Below are positions 13,969 through 28,138 of a DNA stretch of 64,000 nt, one piece after another. The translations under genes were made by a program, and so were the position numbers. Position 1 is the stretch's first letter; each line of letters opens with the position of its first letter. The stretch is from Octopus sinensis (lineage: Eukaryota): NCBI RefSeq assembly GCF_006345805.1, contig NC_042998.1:150722001-150786000 (forward strand). The letters run 5' to 3'. The notes below the pieces were generated by a model. That model searched no databases. It had not been told where the DNA came from and was given only the letters and a program-made list of their open reading frames with translations.

Positions 13969-14238
13969 TAATGACAACTGTACCACTGACTGCAAACGGA
14001 GAGGTTGGACTCCTGATTGAGGAATATAGCTGGCTATTGCAGTATGTGCAATTTCTTTCCGAGACAAATATAACAGCTACGTGCTACGTGCAATAGGCAG
14101 ATACTTTGCCGATTATTTCCACTGTATGTACTTTCTTCCTATAGATTTCATTGTTGATTATCCATTTTTGTACATGTGTAAATATAGATATATATTGACC
14201 AGCCATTACACATACTCTTACACACACACACACACACA

Positions 14239-14281
<43 letters not shown>

Positions 14282-15672
14282 ACTCACACACACGTACTCA
14301 CACACATATGTCGAAATGTATAAGTTGTAAAGTATATTAAAATGTATTTTCCGCAGTGCAGAAATGATGTATAACTCAATATATTATCCAGTCTGAGGTC
14401 TTTCTCTAATCTCACATTCCATTCACTTATGCAAATTATCTAGAGGTTAATGTGTCTAAATGTCTGGTCTGTTCAAGATAAGGCAGAACAATTGGTGTGC
14501 TGACGAAACCTATGGAAGTCAAAGTACGTGTCCACAACTGTCAATTTTTGTCCCCAGATAATTCAAAATATCATATTCATTTGGAAAATTCTTGAACGTC
14601 GAGATTATACCTCTTTTTTATATACACATACATACATTTACATACGTATACACAGGGCCAGATCTACCACTAGGCGAACTAGGCGACCGCCTAGGGCGGC
14701 AGCATCTAGGGAGCGACAAAATCTGAGGATGTCTTGGAAGGCGCTGACTTAGGCGAGAGAGAGTTTAAGAAATTTATAATTATAAAGTGACAATTTTGTT
14801 ATAATAAAAAATTCATTTATCAAATCATCAGCAATTAGTAAGTAAAGTTTGATAAATATTTCAGTTACACTTACGTTTCCGAAATCCAAAGTTCCTTCTA
14901 AGGCTTCGGCCCGCGGCGCAGCCAATCGTTTGAAATTTACCGTCCGGTTTAATTTGAGGCCCCCCAGAAAACAAATAAATTTTAAAATTTAACATATTAT
15001 GTGTATATGTTTACAATCGTTGTTAAAATATTCAAAAGAATGTGTAATATACTTAACAGTTGTAATAAATTGTATAATGAGTAATGTATTCAATTATATT
15101 GAGCTTAACTTAAAGTGTTTTTGTAATCTATATGATAAAATATATATTGAACTTAACTTAAACAGTTTTTGTAATCTATATGATAAAATAGAGTTGTGTT
15201 TGTGTGTGTATTCGTTTTTCACGCCAAAATGGCTGCGCGAATTGCCTCTAATGTGTAAATGATTTCATTTCGGAAAAATAAGAGGATATTCAGTTTATTT
15301 TTTTCTTAAAAATTAATAATATTGCTTTATATATATGATTCACTATCTTTCAAAAAGTTTTTCAATATCAACTTCCGCTATAGACGTAGTAATGGAGAAT
15401 TGTTCGTTTTCATTTGCAAACCCTCTCACTTTCTCTTTGAATGTTTCATTTCAAGTTTTAATTCACTATTTGCAAGAAACTACGATAACTTACTGAAAGA
15501 AGTAACAACCTTGAGAGGAGCCTTTTCGGTAAAAATTAAAAAATAAATATTTTATAGTTTCCGAGGAAAAAGAGTACGACTCAAGGGAGATTTGACTGTT
15601 GTTTCTAGCACATCCCAAACCACCCTCCATTTTCACACCCGCAAGCGTTATTGAAAAACATCAATACTTTAC

Positions 15673-15902
15673 GATGTACTTGCATAGCAAGTGACTTGAT
15701 CTGAGATCGCTTGCTGAAACAAAAACAATTACTGCGTGGAAAATATTTGTAAGTTTTTAATAACACACAAAAACCGTTAGTTTCCCTTCATTTAAATTTC
15801 ATTTGTATCAAAATATTTTCGTCACTTTGAAACCGCGACATGCTCACTAACAAAACTTGGCGAAGTTTCGTCAGTGACAAATATCTTCTACGCTGCAATT
15901 GT
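15673..15902. mobile_element. MITE-like element with ~25-bp inverted repeats and a 5' ACTTGC-ATA-GCAAGT hairpin
   Basis: Homologous to 51877-52072; inserted within the hAT relic. Confidence 0.6.
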
Positions 15903-16169
15903 CATCAATACATTCGACAGTGAGGAAGAAACGATAATCGTAATAAATGCCGTTTAAAAGGAATTTGTATAAAATTCGGATCGTGTGAATTTTCCAAAAC
16001 TCTTCTCCTCACCCTCTGGGAAAATCTTTCCCATAAATCCCTATATATCTCTGCATTCACAGCATTTAAGTTGTATTTGTTGAAAATTTCGTTAAAAAGT
16101 ATACATTTCTCGGGAAGTTATGAGGCAACAAAGTCGGATGGGGGTTATACATCTGTAGTTATGTCGCTA

Positions 16170-16211
<42 letters not shown>

Positions 16212-16299
16212 CTATCTATCTAACGAGACTTCGAAGTTCAGTTTTGTGACTTCATTAATTCTTTGGTATAATGTTCTTTTTGAAATTAACATTACTAGC

Positions 16300-17060
16300 A
16301 AAAGATTGCTAGTAGACTCTGCACTTAACGAGCTTGAACAAACCAAAAAGTATCTTATCAATTGCAGGAGTAATTAAAAAAAATTGAGAAGTACTTGCTG
16401 ATGCTCGTGAGGTAGCTGATGAATTTGAGATGTGTGCAGAATTTGAAGCAAAGCCAGCGCGTATTAGATGAAAGAAACAACAATTCTCATATGAAGTAAA
16501 AAATGAACCTATCCAAGATAACGTAAACAAAGCTACAAAATAAATAAAATTTTGCAATACTGGATGCATCAATTAACTCAGTTTCAAAACGCTTTGAACA
16601 ACTGAAAAAAATAAATTCCATCTTCGGCCTTCTGTATGATATAAAATCTTTGCAATGTGAAACTTTTCATCAAGTAATGGAATTTTGCATAAAGAGTCAA
16701 AGGATATTGATGCTAAAGAGTTGTCTAATGAACTGAATGTCATATCAAGAAGACTTGAAAAATCCTATGGTCCTCTGAAAATGGTTGAGCTATTTTGCGA
16801 GCAGCAGCAACAAAGAGAAAGCTTTCAAATTTTGTCCATCGCTCCCAGAATCCGCTAACCCTACCAGTAAGTGTCGCAAGCGGAGAGCGTAGCTTTTCAA
16901 AACTTAAATTAATAGTGACGTATCTAAGAACTTCAATGGTCCAAAGAGGCTCACCAGACTAGCTACGATTTCTATAGAACATGAATTTGCTAGAGAATTT
17001 CCTCTCCAAGAGCTTGTAAAAGATTTTGCAAGACAGAAAGCTCGCAAAATTAGCTTTTAA
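16300..17060 (+). pseudogene. hAT transposase C-terminal remnant (dimerisation domain)
   Basis: 16861 onward reads LPVSVASGERSFSKLKLIVTYLRTSM and ends ...RKISF* at 17060. Upstream frameshifted AILDASINSVSKRFEQL. Confidence 0.85.
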
Positions 17061-18010
17061 GTACCAAGTGTAAAAGAAAATAGTATTTAAATATTTCCAA
17101 AACTAATAATTAAAAAAAACAATATCTTTGAATCAAATCAAATCAAAGAAGGAGAATACAAACAAAGGCTTGGTGAACTACTGTTTGTTTACCATATTTG
17201 CTCGCATCCAATTAGTAAAATATTAAATTTTCAATACATCATACTTGTTAGTTATTATATTTCTTTCGTTAATTTTTAAGAAATAAATTTTAAAATTTTC
17301 CTTTACAAGTGACTTCAAATTGCTCCTATATTTATTCACATTTCTAAAAACTTTCTTGGAAAAATCCCCAGCTAGTTGAGCTCGCTTCGCTTGCCAACCC
17401 TGCACTCTGTGGAGTGGTGGTGGTGGGGGGGGGGGTTAAAGTTTGATTCGCCTCGGGTGTCAATTACCCATGGCCTGATACCCTGCATATACAAATATAT
17501 GTATGAATCCGTTATCTGCAACTGAAGAAGTATTTGATCAACATAGTTATTTGTGTATCATACTTAATGTAAACACGTCACACAAAAAGCGCTTTACATT
17601 ATGTCTGTCTCTTATGAACATTATATGTCTGAAATACAAATATATCGGCAGTAGATAAACATTGCTCAAGAACGGCGATGAAAATGCCAGAGAACGCATT
17701 TCTGCCTCCTTAAGCTTTACCTTTAGCATGTATTGACTGGTAGCCGCATGCTAAAACAATATCTGTCGTTACTGACATAGTAAGACAGTGAGTAAACAAT
17801 ATTGTGACATTTTTTCGTTGAGTTTCCTGCTTATGTCTCTTAATTGTGATATCAGAAAAACATACACATATACATGTGGGTGTATGTGTGTAAGATTTTA
17901 AATATATACATGCATACACATCCATATACATATAAATATGTATATATATATATGTGTATATAGATATATATGTGTGTATGTATACACACACATACACACA
18001 CACACACACA

Positions 18011-19137
18011 TTAAGTATAGGACATCACCAACGAGCGAAAAAACGTAAACACAACGAGAGACAAGTACGGGACAAAATAACAAAAGAAGTCTAACTCCTC
18101 AGTTGTCGACTGCTTTATTTCTACCTGTTTCATGCTTTTAACAACAAGACAAGAAAACTTTATAAAACAGCAGCATCCAGAAAATTTTTAAATATAAAAT
18201 TTGTGGAAAGTTGGGCCTTCGAACGAACAAACACCACCAGAGTGGACATAGAAGTAAACAATCGAAGACAGAGGTTTAGGGAAATAAAGGTAGTGAGGAG
18301 AAGGGAGAAGGAAAGAAAGATAGAGAGTAAAAAAAGACAAACGAGGGATAACAAAGAAGGAGGGGGAGAAAAAGAAAAAGATATCTTCTACTTAATGTGT
18401 ATTTTTTCATTCTTATTTAATAATAGAACCCCACGCATCCTTCGTCAACTAAGTTTTTAAATTTACATATAATTTCGGCGACTCTGTTCCCAGCCTATTT
18501 TCTTTCTTTCTCTCTATCCACTATAATCTTCTATATTTCTTTTTCTTCTCCTCCTTTACTGTCCCCAGTCCGTCTTTCATTCACGTTATCTTTCTTTCCT
18601 TCTCCCTTCTCCCCACTCCCTTTATTTCTTTCCCTCATCCTCTCCCTTGTCCCCTTCCACTCTGCCAGTTGCTCTCACGTGACTACATGCCATTTTCTCG
18701 TCTCTGTCTTTTCTGGATGAGACGTCCAGATACCCGGACGTCATTTCTCTCGCCCCTCGATATCTTTTTTTCTCATCTATTTTTCTCTTCTATTTATTCT
18801 ATTTCCTTTAAAAGTTTATCCCAGGTGTTACCCATTACAATCTGTCTTGGCCTAACGGCTCTTAGTGTCTGTTTTCGTCGATTGTTTGCTCTCTACGTCC
18901 ATTCTAGTGTCGTTTGTTTGTTCGAAGGCCTAACTCTCCACAAATTTTATATTTCAAAATTTCTGGATGTTGCTGTCTTATGAAGTTTTCCTGTCTTGCC
19001 GTTAAAAGTACGAAACAGGTAATAATAAACAGTCGACAACTGAGGAGGAGTTAGACTTCTTTTGGTATTTTCACCCGTACTCGTCTCTCGTTATGTATTT
19101 ACGCATTTTTCGCTCGATGATGATGTCCAGTACTTAA
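18011..19137. mobile_element. ~1.1-kb fold-back of two diverged copies of a related non-coding element
   Basis: 18011-~18290 is inverted relative to ~18850-19137. Purine-rich then pyrimidine-rich centre. Confidence 0.65.
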
Positions 19138-19141
19138 TGTG

Positions 19142-19209
<68 letters not shown>

Positions 19210-19217
<8 letters not shown>

Positions 19218-19340
19218 TAAATGAAAGAATGGAGTCGAACGAAGATGTTAACAAAATTCCTTTACTCTCGACATATGTTTCGAGAGTAAAGGAATTTGTT
19301 AACATCTTCGTTCAACTCCATTCTTTCATTTATTCATATA
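19210..19340. repeat. 61-bp-arm near-perfect hairpin with 8-nt loop
   Basis: 19210-19271 vs 19280-19340: one mismatch and one indel. Confidence 0.9.
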
Positions 19341-19491
19341 CAACATACAAATTTTTGCACATGAACCCGAAGTTTCTACCCTTGACAGGTCGCTTCAACC
19401 GTGTTTCTGACGTGAATTTGCTACCCAGGTTTCGGTTAAATGAATTTTCCATGCTGACGACAAACATAGGATAGTTCATTCACCTACTTAA

Positions 19492-19534
<43 letters not shown>

Positions 19535-19762
19535 GTTAAGTATATATATATATATATATGAAGGCACAAACGTTAGCACGCCGGGCGAAATGCGTAGCCG
19601 TATTTCGTCTGCCGTTACGTTCTGGTTCAAATTCTGCCGAGGTTGCTTTGCCTTTCATCCTTTCGGGGTCGATAAATTAAGTATCGGTTACGCACTGGGG
19701 TCGATGTAATTGACTTAATCCGTTGGTCCTCCCTGTGTTTAGCCCCTTGTGGGTAATAAAGA

Positions 19763-19851
<89 letters not shown>

Positions 19852-20265
19852 TATATATATATATTTATAAATATATTCTTTTATTTGTTTCAGTCATTTG
19901 ACAGCAGCCATGCTGAAGCACCACTGCAAAGGGTCTCAATCTAACAAATCGACCATAGGACTTGTTTTTTGTAAGCCTAGTACTTATTTTACTGATCCCT
20001 TTTGCCGAACAGCTAAGTTTCGGAAAAGTAAACACATCAACATCGCTTGTCAAGCGATGGCGGAGGGACAAACACACACATACACACACACACTCACACA
20101 CATACACACGCACATATATATAAGACAGGCTTTCAGTTTCCGTCTACCAAATGCACTCACAAGGCTTTGGTTTGACCGAGGCTATAGTAGAAGTGACACG
20201 CAGTGGGACTGAGCCTGCAACAATATGGTGGGAAGTAAACTCCTTACCCCACAGCCAAGCCTGCG

Positions 20266-20315
<50 letters not shown>

Positions 20316-21000
20316 GTGTGTGTGTGTGTGTGTGTTTTATATATATATACATATAAAACATATATACATACATATATACATACATGTATACATGCATATG
20401 TTTTCAAGAGTATAATTTGTGAAACATGAAGAAAACAAGCAAATAATGCATCGAGTCGCACAAGCAACACATGTACCTGAAAAAGTGCAGAAATAAAAGC
20501 GGCAGCGGAAGAAATGTGCAATGAAGATAAACAAACTCTTCGAAAAAACATAAGAGAATATAACGTTTCGGATATCTTTTATGAAATAAGAGAACCTTGA
20601 GACAAAAGCAAAACTAAAAGATATCATATATATGAGGTCTGCTTACATGGTAGGCCTCGTGTAAAATGGAAGCTGGGGAGTATGATAGAAGGTCAGAAAG
20701 TGGAACGACAATTTGAGTTACAGTATGATTAAGTACGAAGGAGCAGGAGTGATCGTGAGAAAGAAGAAAAGTGATGCAGAGGGGTGAAAGAGGGGGAGAG
20801 GTAGAAAGAGCGAGAGAGTGAGAGAGAGGGGGAAGGGAAAGAGAAAGGGAGAAGAGTGGAGAAGAAAGAGAACTAGCAAAGATGGAAAGAAGGAGAGTTT
20901 TGAGCTCAGGATACTGATGTGTGTGTATTTGTGTGAGTGTGTGTGTATATGTGTGTATATGCGTGCGTACATGCGTGCGCGCGCGTGTGTTAGTGTAAGC

Positions 21001-21309
21001 CAGTGGTTCACAAAATTTTGGGGACTGCCGCCTCCTTGACACCCAGGTCATATTCCTAGCCCCTACCACCCCAAGTAACCATCACAGACATAGACCTCTT
21101 TCTGAAGCAAATTCAAAGCAACTGTATTTCACAAATAAAACTTAACCTAACGAACCCATTATTTCGTTGTTTTTGCATGAATTGCTACCCCATTATCGCC
21201 CCGCATTTTACATGAATTGCTACCCTATTATCACCCCACTTTTCTTCAACGTCCCTCGGAACTTTCCCCCGCCCCAGGGGGGCAATACCGCCCATTTTGG
21301 GAACCATTG
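21001..21309. mobile_element. hAT/Charlie-type MITE
   Basis: TIRs CAGTGGTTCACAAAAT / ATTTTGGGAACCATTG. Flanks GTGTAAGC / GTCTAAAC (6/8 match, degenerate TSD). Confidence 0.7.
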
Positions 21310-22119
21310 GTCTAAACTGAAATGATTTTAAACGTCCTATGTTTTCATTTACACCGATGCTAAACAACATCTGCTGTGTGTCGCAGAATGTAAAGTCCGT
21401 ATAGCTAGATGTGCAAGTCGTTATTGCTACATAATACTTTCAGCTAAGAATCTAAAAGCATATGCATATATCTATCTAGATACACAGGCACACACACAAA
21501 CAAACATACACACACACATTTGTATACACACACATACGCACTATAGTGGTTATGTTTGTGTGTGCGTGTGATGTAAAAAGTCACGTGATGGTATGGATAT
21601 AACGGTTAGTAGTAAATGAGGAATAGCTGTGTATAAGGTGTACGCATGATGGTATTGGATGTTTCTTGGTTGTGGATGAATCTGTTGGCGTAAAGTGGTA
21701 TGTTTACCAGTGTGACTGCATGTGTGAGCGCATATGACATTAGTAGCTAAATTTGTGTGCGGGTTTGTGTATATGTGTATGTGTGCGTGTGTGTGTGTTT
21801 GTATGTGTGTGTGTGTATGTGTGTGTGTGTAAGATACGTTCAGTGTGTGTGGCTATACAGCTGTAGAGGATAATGCGTGATCTGTAAGATGTATATTTAA
21901 GTGTGGTGTTCTATGTTGGAGTGCATTGTGGGAAGCTTGAATACGGATGGTAGGGTGCAGTTAGTTGAACGTGACCACGTTGTTTATATGTAGGTACGAA
22001 ATGCATACACACACATGCACATACACACACACACGATGGAATATATCCAGTAACTAGGATTTATCAGGAGAATAGCGTGTTGCATGTAAAAATGAGAGAA
22101 ACTGATGAATAATACGATA

Positions 22120-22152
<33 letters not shown>

Positions 22153-22182
22153 AACAATAATAATAATAATAATAACAACAAC

Positions 22183-22225
<43 letters not shown>

Positions 22226-22263
22226 TTGACCAAAAGGGCACAATACATTAAGGCCATATTAAA

Positions 22264-22317
<54 letters not shown>

Positions 22318-22457
22318 AAGGGAGAGGAGGAGGAGGAGGAGGAGAGGGGGGAGGAGGACAATGACGACGACGATGATGAGTTAATAAGTAGCAGTACTTG
22401 AGAAGGCGGGAGTTAATACATCATAAAACCGGGAGAGAAGCAGCGATTAAATGTATT

Positions 22458-22518
<61 letters not shown>

Positions 22519-22578
22519 TGAAACAAGACAGAGAGAGAGAGAGACAGAGAGCATGAACGAATGAGTGAGATGGGGTAA

Positions 22579-22615
<37 letters not shown>

Positions 22616-23249
22616 GAGAGAGAGATTTACGCAACAAATTGTCCTGCTGCGTCATTTTGTGTCGCTTCTGGCCAGTTTTATTACTAAACGTCTTTACTGT
22701 AATCTTGTACTGCTTATACCGCCATTACTGTCTACTTCACAACCACTTCTACCACCACCACCGTCTCACTCTTCGCTTACTCCTACCACTCCTCCACTTC
22801 CTACTCCTTCTTAAGGCTAACATGTGGATTCCATTTGTCTGGTGGATATATACGTGCGTGTACATGATGTGCGTGCGTGTATGCGTGTACACTTGCGTAT
22901 GTGTTACTATGTATATGCCTATGTTGGTTATACATTTGCTTATTTTGTGTTGTAATATGAAGGTATGCATATGTATGTGTGCATTCATGTATGTGTGCAT
23001 TCATGTATGTGTATAAGTATGAATGTAATGCCTGTATGTGCGTGTGCAGGTGTGCCTGTATGCAAGTGCGTACGTAAGTGTGCGTATCTATGCAATGCAT
23101 GTATGCATGTGTGTGTATTTATGTATGTATGTGTATGTGTATATGTACGCATATATGTATGTGTATTTATGTATTTTAGTATGTTTGAATGTGACGCATG
23201 TAATGTAATGTATGTATGTATGTATGCATTCGTGTCTCCCTTTGTGCTC

Positions 23250-23288
<39 letters not shown>

Positions 23289-23594
23289 TGTTTAACTAGA
23301 CGCATGTATATGCGTATAAGTGTATGTGTGTGTATATGTGCTTGTACCAGTGTTTATGTCTGTAGCAATTACAACGCCCAGGCGACAAGAAAATATGATG
23401 AAAACGATAAAAAAATAGAATTACTACTAATACCACCCCACCACCTCCAGCACCACTACCATCACCCCCAACCCACTACTATCATCGCCGACATTTTCGA
23501 TGCCATGATCATCATCATCACCATCGCCTCTATCGTTGTCATCAGCAGCAGCGTTATTACTACCAGCATTATTATATGAAGGTTTTCTAAAAGT

Positions 23595-23642
23595 ATGATA
23601 ATAATAACAACAACAACAATAATAATGATAATAATAATACTA

Positions 23643-23674
<32 letters not shown>

Positions 23675-23758
23675 TAATATAATAATAATAATATATAATA
23701 ATAATAATAAATAATAATAATAATAATATATAATAATAATAATAATAATAATATAATG

Positions 23759-23810
<52 letters not shown>
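23595..23810. repeat. (TAA)n microsatellite array
   Basis: Direct reading. Similar arrays at 22120-22225, 47993-48104, 62983-63150 and 63425-63490. Confidence 0.95.
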
Positions 23811-23812
<2 letters not shown>

Positions 23813-23813
<1 letters not shown>

Positions 23814-23870
23814 TTTCTTTTATTTGCCACCAGGGCGAAGGATGGGAGGGGAACGATACAAAGACAGACA
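23813..23870 (-). mobile_element. ~58-bp 3' tip of a Tx1-like element inside a (CAT/TAT)n array
   Basis: Ends TGGTGGCAAATAAAAGAAAT, nearly identical to the 3' end at 25635 (TGGTGGGAAATAAAAGAAAT). Trinucleotide repeats on both sides. Confidence 0.55.
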
Positions 23871-23896
23871 TAATGATGATAATGATTATTATTATT

Positions 23897-25600
23897 TTCA
23901 TATACACTCAACAGATTAGACTGTTAGAAAAGAAAAGGATCCTAACATCGGGCTACAAGTAGCCTTAGATGCCAGAACCCTCCTAAGTATCCTAGCTGTC
24001 CCTAATAACACAGTTTTCTGGAGCTGTACTAAATTGGGTTTTATGCCTATTTCCTCTATCCATCTGTTCAGATCTTTACGGATAGTTCCCAATGCACCTA
24101 TAAATACTGGGATACATTTTATTTGCACTTCCCATAGTCTTTGTAATTCAGTAGCTAGGTCCTGGTACTTTGCTATTTTTTCTGTACCTTTCATATTAAT
24201 TTCATATTAATTTTTTTCATCATTTGGGACTGTACAGTCAATTATCTGGCACTTTCTATTCTCTTTGCCTACTACTACTAAATCAGGCCTTCTAACTTCT
24301 ATTACTCTGTCAGTCTGAATGTTAAAGTCCCACAACCACTTGCATTTCTTACTTTCTAGTAATTTACTAGGTTCATGTTCATACCATCTATCAGTATGCT
24401 CAAATCCTAACTTTCTACATAGCTCCCAGTGGATTACTCTCCTTAGATTGTCATGTTTTTTTTTCTGTATTCTTTGTGCCAGCATATTACATTCACTTAC
24501 TATATGAGTAACACTTTACTCTTTATATTTGCATAATCTACATTGGGAATCTATTTGGTTTTTGTTAATCTTGGCTTTTATCAAATTAGTCTTTAATGCT
24601 TGATCCTATGCAGCTACTAACAAACTTACTGCCTCCCTCTTCAGCTTTCCTTTCTGCAACCATAACTATCTCCCACTTCTACTATTTGCGGCAACTATCT
24701 TTGGGAATCTATCATGCAACGCCTTCTCCTTCCAGTCAGATATTTCTGTTCTCTTTTTCTGGTTTTTAACTTTGCTTGGGTTTTTGGTTTCCCTATGTCT
24801 TGCTGTGATTTTAGCAGCTTTTAATAAACATTCTTCACTATTACATACATAGGAGTCTGTATCTACTCTAGCTAACTCCACGCAGTCTTCTACTGTTATT
24901 AACCCTCTTCCGCCTTGCTACTCCTGCCCTTGAGTGGTGTCCTCCATTCTCATTGGATTCCTTCCTAGTTCTTTTGCCTAGCTTTACTAATTTAATTTTT
25001 GGCCAATCTAAAAAAGCTGTTGAGTATTTAAGTAATGATACTGCCCAAGTATTTACAGCCTTCACTCGATTCGCACCATTTAGCTTTGATTTCATTTGCT
25101 TCCTCACTCTTCTGATGTACTCCTTCTAAATTTTTGCTTTATTTTCTGTTCCCTGTCAGATTCTAATACTCCTAGATTCTTATAACTCTCTGCGCCTTTC
25201 AATGATTTTAATATCTGGCCATCTGGTAATTGGATGCCTTCACTATTGACTACTTGTCCCCTTCTTATGACTAACATTGCACACTTATCTATGCCAAATT
25301 TCCTGCCTATATCTTTGCTGAAGTGTCTTACAGTCTGTATTAAGGAATCTTTTTTCATTCTTACTAAAAAGCTTCAGAGCATCCATATAGAACAAATGGT
25401 TAATTTTTCCATTACTATTTCTGAACTGATACCCTGTCTTTAACTCTCTTAATACTAAACTAAGGGGGATCAAACATAAGACAAATATTAAAGGGGACAA
25501 CGAGTCCCTCTGGAAAATTCCACTTTTGATATTAACTTTCCCTAAGAGTGTGCTCCCTCAGAAGAGATCTACTTTCCATTTCGTCATGCTACAGCTGTAT
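23897..25600 (-). pseudogene. Degenerate R4/Dong-like non-LTR retrotransposon (RT + restriction-like endonuclease), 5'-truncated
   Basis: Frameshifted pieces: GIFQRDSLSPLIFVLCLIPLS, INHLFYMDALKLF, KFGIDKCA, RVKAVNTWAV, HDNLRRVIHWEL, WDFNIQTD..RRPDLVV, KYQDLATEL..LW..IPVFIGALG, TARILRRVL. The 3' end is followed by (AAT)n. Confidence 0.85.
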
Positions 25601-25634
25601 ACTAACGACGACGACGACGATGACGATGATGATG

Positions 25635-26960
25635 ATTTCTTTTATTTCCCACCAGCACAACGGACAAAGGGGGCGATATACAATATCAGCAAGATTATTA
25701 TGAGGCAATCCTCCAAATGTAGGAGAACTTCTAGGACAACGAAAGAATGCTGCAGATCCCAAATCACCCTGCTCAATAGGAGTACCAGAGAAAATATTCC
25801 ACTCTCTCCTCCATAATTTTCAGCCAACCGGTGCATACTTAAAGTAGTTCTATTCGTTTATGCCATCCTCGCTTTTTTGAACCACCGTTTTACAAACTTC
25901 CTGGAAGGCTACACTTCCCTCTCCACCCTCACTTTCTTTTCTAAGTGATCCAGTTGATTTCCACTGACACCCAGGATTACTCCGAGAACGGAGTCGCACT
26001 CACCCACCTATAATTCTCTGGCAGCGGGCTGAGTGCTGTCGGGCACTCGATGTCAGGTGTCCTGTCTCGGTCTACGCTTACTCCTGAACGGCAATTCTGT
26101 CAAAGGAACAAGCTGCTGAAAAGCACGTCTAACAAATGGCAACCACCAAGGAATCACTGGAGATATCGTAGCCTCAGGGTATTCCTGTGCTTCTATAGCC
26201 TTAGTGTGTCCACTCCTTCACGCAAAGCAGTTGAGAATCTGGAAGCAGAAAAAACAAACATTCCATTCTCGTCGGCCATAAAGCAGGGTAAGGTACCTTA
26301 TCCTGCTTTTCCGGTGGAAATAGTTAATGGATGAATTGGAAGCATTTCCCCCCCTCTTTCCGGCCCATTTCTGTGAGAGAGTTACCACGCTGTTCATTAC
26401 TTGTTCACCTAGAAGTTTGCATTAAACCAAATTTCGAGCAATTGGACCGGTCCGTCTGCTAAGCGCTCCACGATGTTGTTGGATGGAATGGATCTGCTAC
26501 TTCAGGTGCCGAATTACCGGCCTAACGACATGGTTAATTTTAGATCCTGTCACCGCCTCACGTTCCTTTCAGCAATACCGATCACCCAACAGTGTGTTTG
26601 GCGCCCGACACTATGACGGTGATATCGTCTGCTTATGCAAACATGGACCTTCTGCATCGCTGAACATTGCTCTGATCCAGCTTCGGAAGACTGGTTAAGA
26701 ACCCAGCTCCCTTAAGGAAAGCCGCCAGATATTGGTGGTCGATCTTATCGAAAGCTTTCAACTGATTTAAATGGATAGGGGCTCCCTCCCATGCCAGATT
26801 ATTGAACCAGCTTTTTATGATGAATCGCGTGAGTTGGAGGTTGTCAGAAATAGACCTGTCTGATATGTTACATGTCTGTACCTCACTCGCCAGAGTACCA
26901 ACAACATGCCCCGCTCTCTTAGCAAACACCTTGGCCCGTAAGTCGGCTAAATCCAAGATT
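25635..26960 (-). pseudogene. Degenerate, internally deleted L1/Tx1-clade LINE (RT fragment, C-terminus and 3' end)
   Basis: 26633-26956 encodes RT-like QTCNISDRSISDNL...LNQLKAFDKIDHQYL. Near 25870-25950 reads HLEKKVRVEREV..KFVKRWFKKARMA, matching the Tx1 C-terminus at 30-32 kb. The 3' end is AAATAAAAGAAAT followed by (CAT/CGT)n. Confidence 0.75.
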
Positions 26961-27810
26961 ACACATCTGACGTTCTAAAATCCTCCTCTCTAGGATAAAA
27001 GGAAACAAATTAGCTAAAATTGAAAATATTTAATTGCACCCTAGACCTAAATTCAGAGAATTAAGATCAGAAGCACCTGGATAAATAACTAACTAATGGA
27101 GAAGAAAATTTGAAATGAGTAGTGAAAAAATACCAAAAAGGATACTAAAGAAGAATGAGACTAATATTGGTTTCAAATTCTGGCACAAGGCCAGCAAATT
27201 CGAGGGCGGGAATTAGTCAATTAAATTGACCCCCAGTACTCAACTGGTGCTTATTTTATTAGCCCTGAAAGGATGAAAGGTAAAGTCGACCTCGGTGGAA
27301 TTTGAAGGTAAAGAAGGACGAAATGCCGCTAAGCATTTTACCCGGAGAGCTAATGATTTTGCCAGCTCACTACCGTCTCTACAACAACAAAATATGAAAC
27401 AAGGGGTCACTATCAACTGCCGACTGTGCAATCATCATAAACAAACAACTGAATGCATCATTTCTGACCTCTCGGTCCTTGCAAAATAGTATATTTGCAC
27501 AGAGATCGCAAAAGCATTCTTTAATGGGATCGTAAGTTCATATCAAGAACACACCATCGCACCTCACCTTTAACGTAAGTAGTACGCTATTAGAGCCTTT
27601 ATAATCACTCCAAATGCTAAACCTTGCTATCACTGAGGACCTCTCATTGGGCACGTTCATCTTTACCAGCTAAGACGTCATCTCAAAGACTAACTCTTCT
27701 CTTTAGAATCAAAACACATCTCAAGCCGCCAACAACCACAAATCCATAATGTGAAACCCACAATAATACATTACCACCAGACCTGGAACAGTGCTACTGT
27801 CTCACACACA

Positions 27811-27852
<42 letters not shown>

Positions 27853-28138
27853 GCACGCACACACACACACATACATACACACACACATACACAGACATGC
27901 ACATACACACGCATACTTACACATATACACTGGTACACACACCTAAGAACAGAAAACGGTCACTTGACAGATTGATAAAGAAGCCCTCACAAACACATAT
28001 TCAAACTTTGACTCACTATTTTACCGTCTTTTTTCTTTTCTTAGATACCACTAATTACTGTTAACGGACAAGTGAAATTCTATGTAACTAATTAATTATT
28101 TACATCTTTCTCCTAATATAAAACTAGACTAGGGTGAC

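Larger units (their letters stand above)
14653..17485 (+). mobile_element. hAT DNA transposon relic with nested insertions
   Basis: CAGGG...CCCTG termini flanked by CGTATACA (14645-14652) and CATATACA (17486-17493), an 8-bp TSD with 1 mismatch. Subterminal TAGGCGA repeats; internal transposase remnant. Confidence 0.65.

Noticed and set aside
27400-27510. 64-aa ORF 27295-27489 as a gene
   Set aside because: SINE-A tail fused to a decayed Dong-like zinc-knuckle fragment (CRLCNHHKQTTECII).
28045-28071. 27-nt plus-strand micro-exon candidate (IPLITVNGQ)
   Set aside because: Good acceptor but weak donor (GTGAAA); not phase-compatible with the preceding candidate exon.
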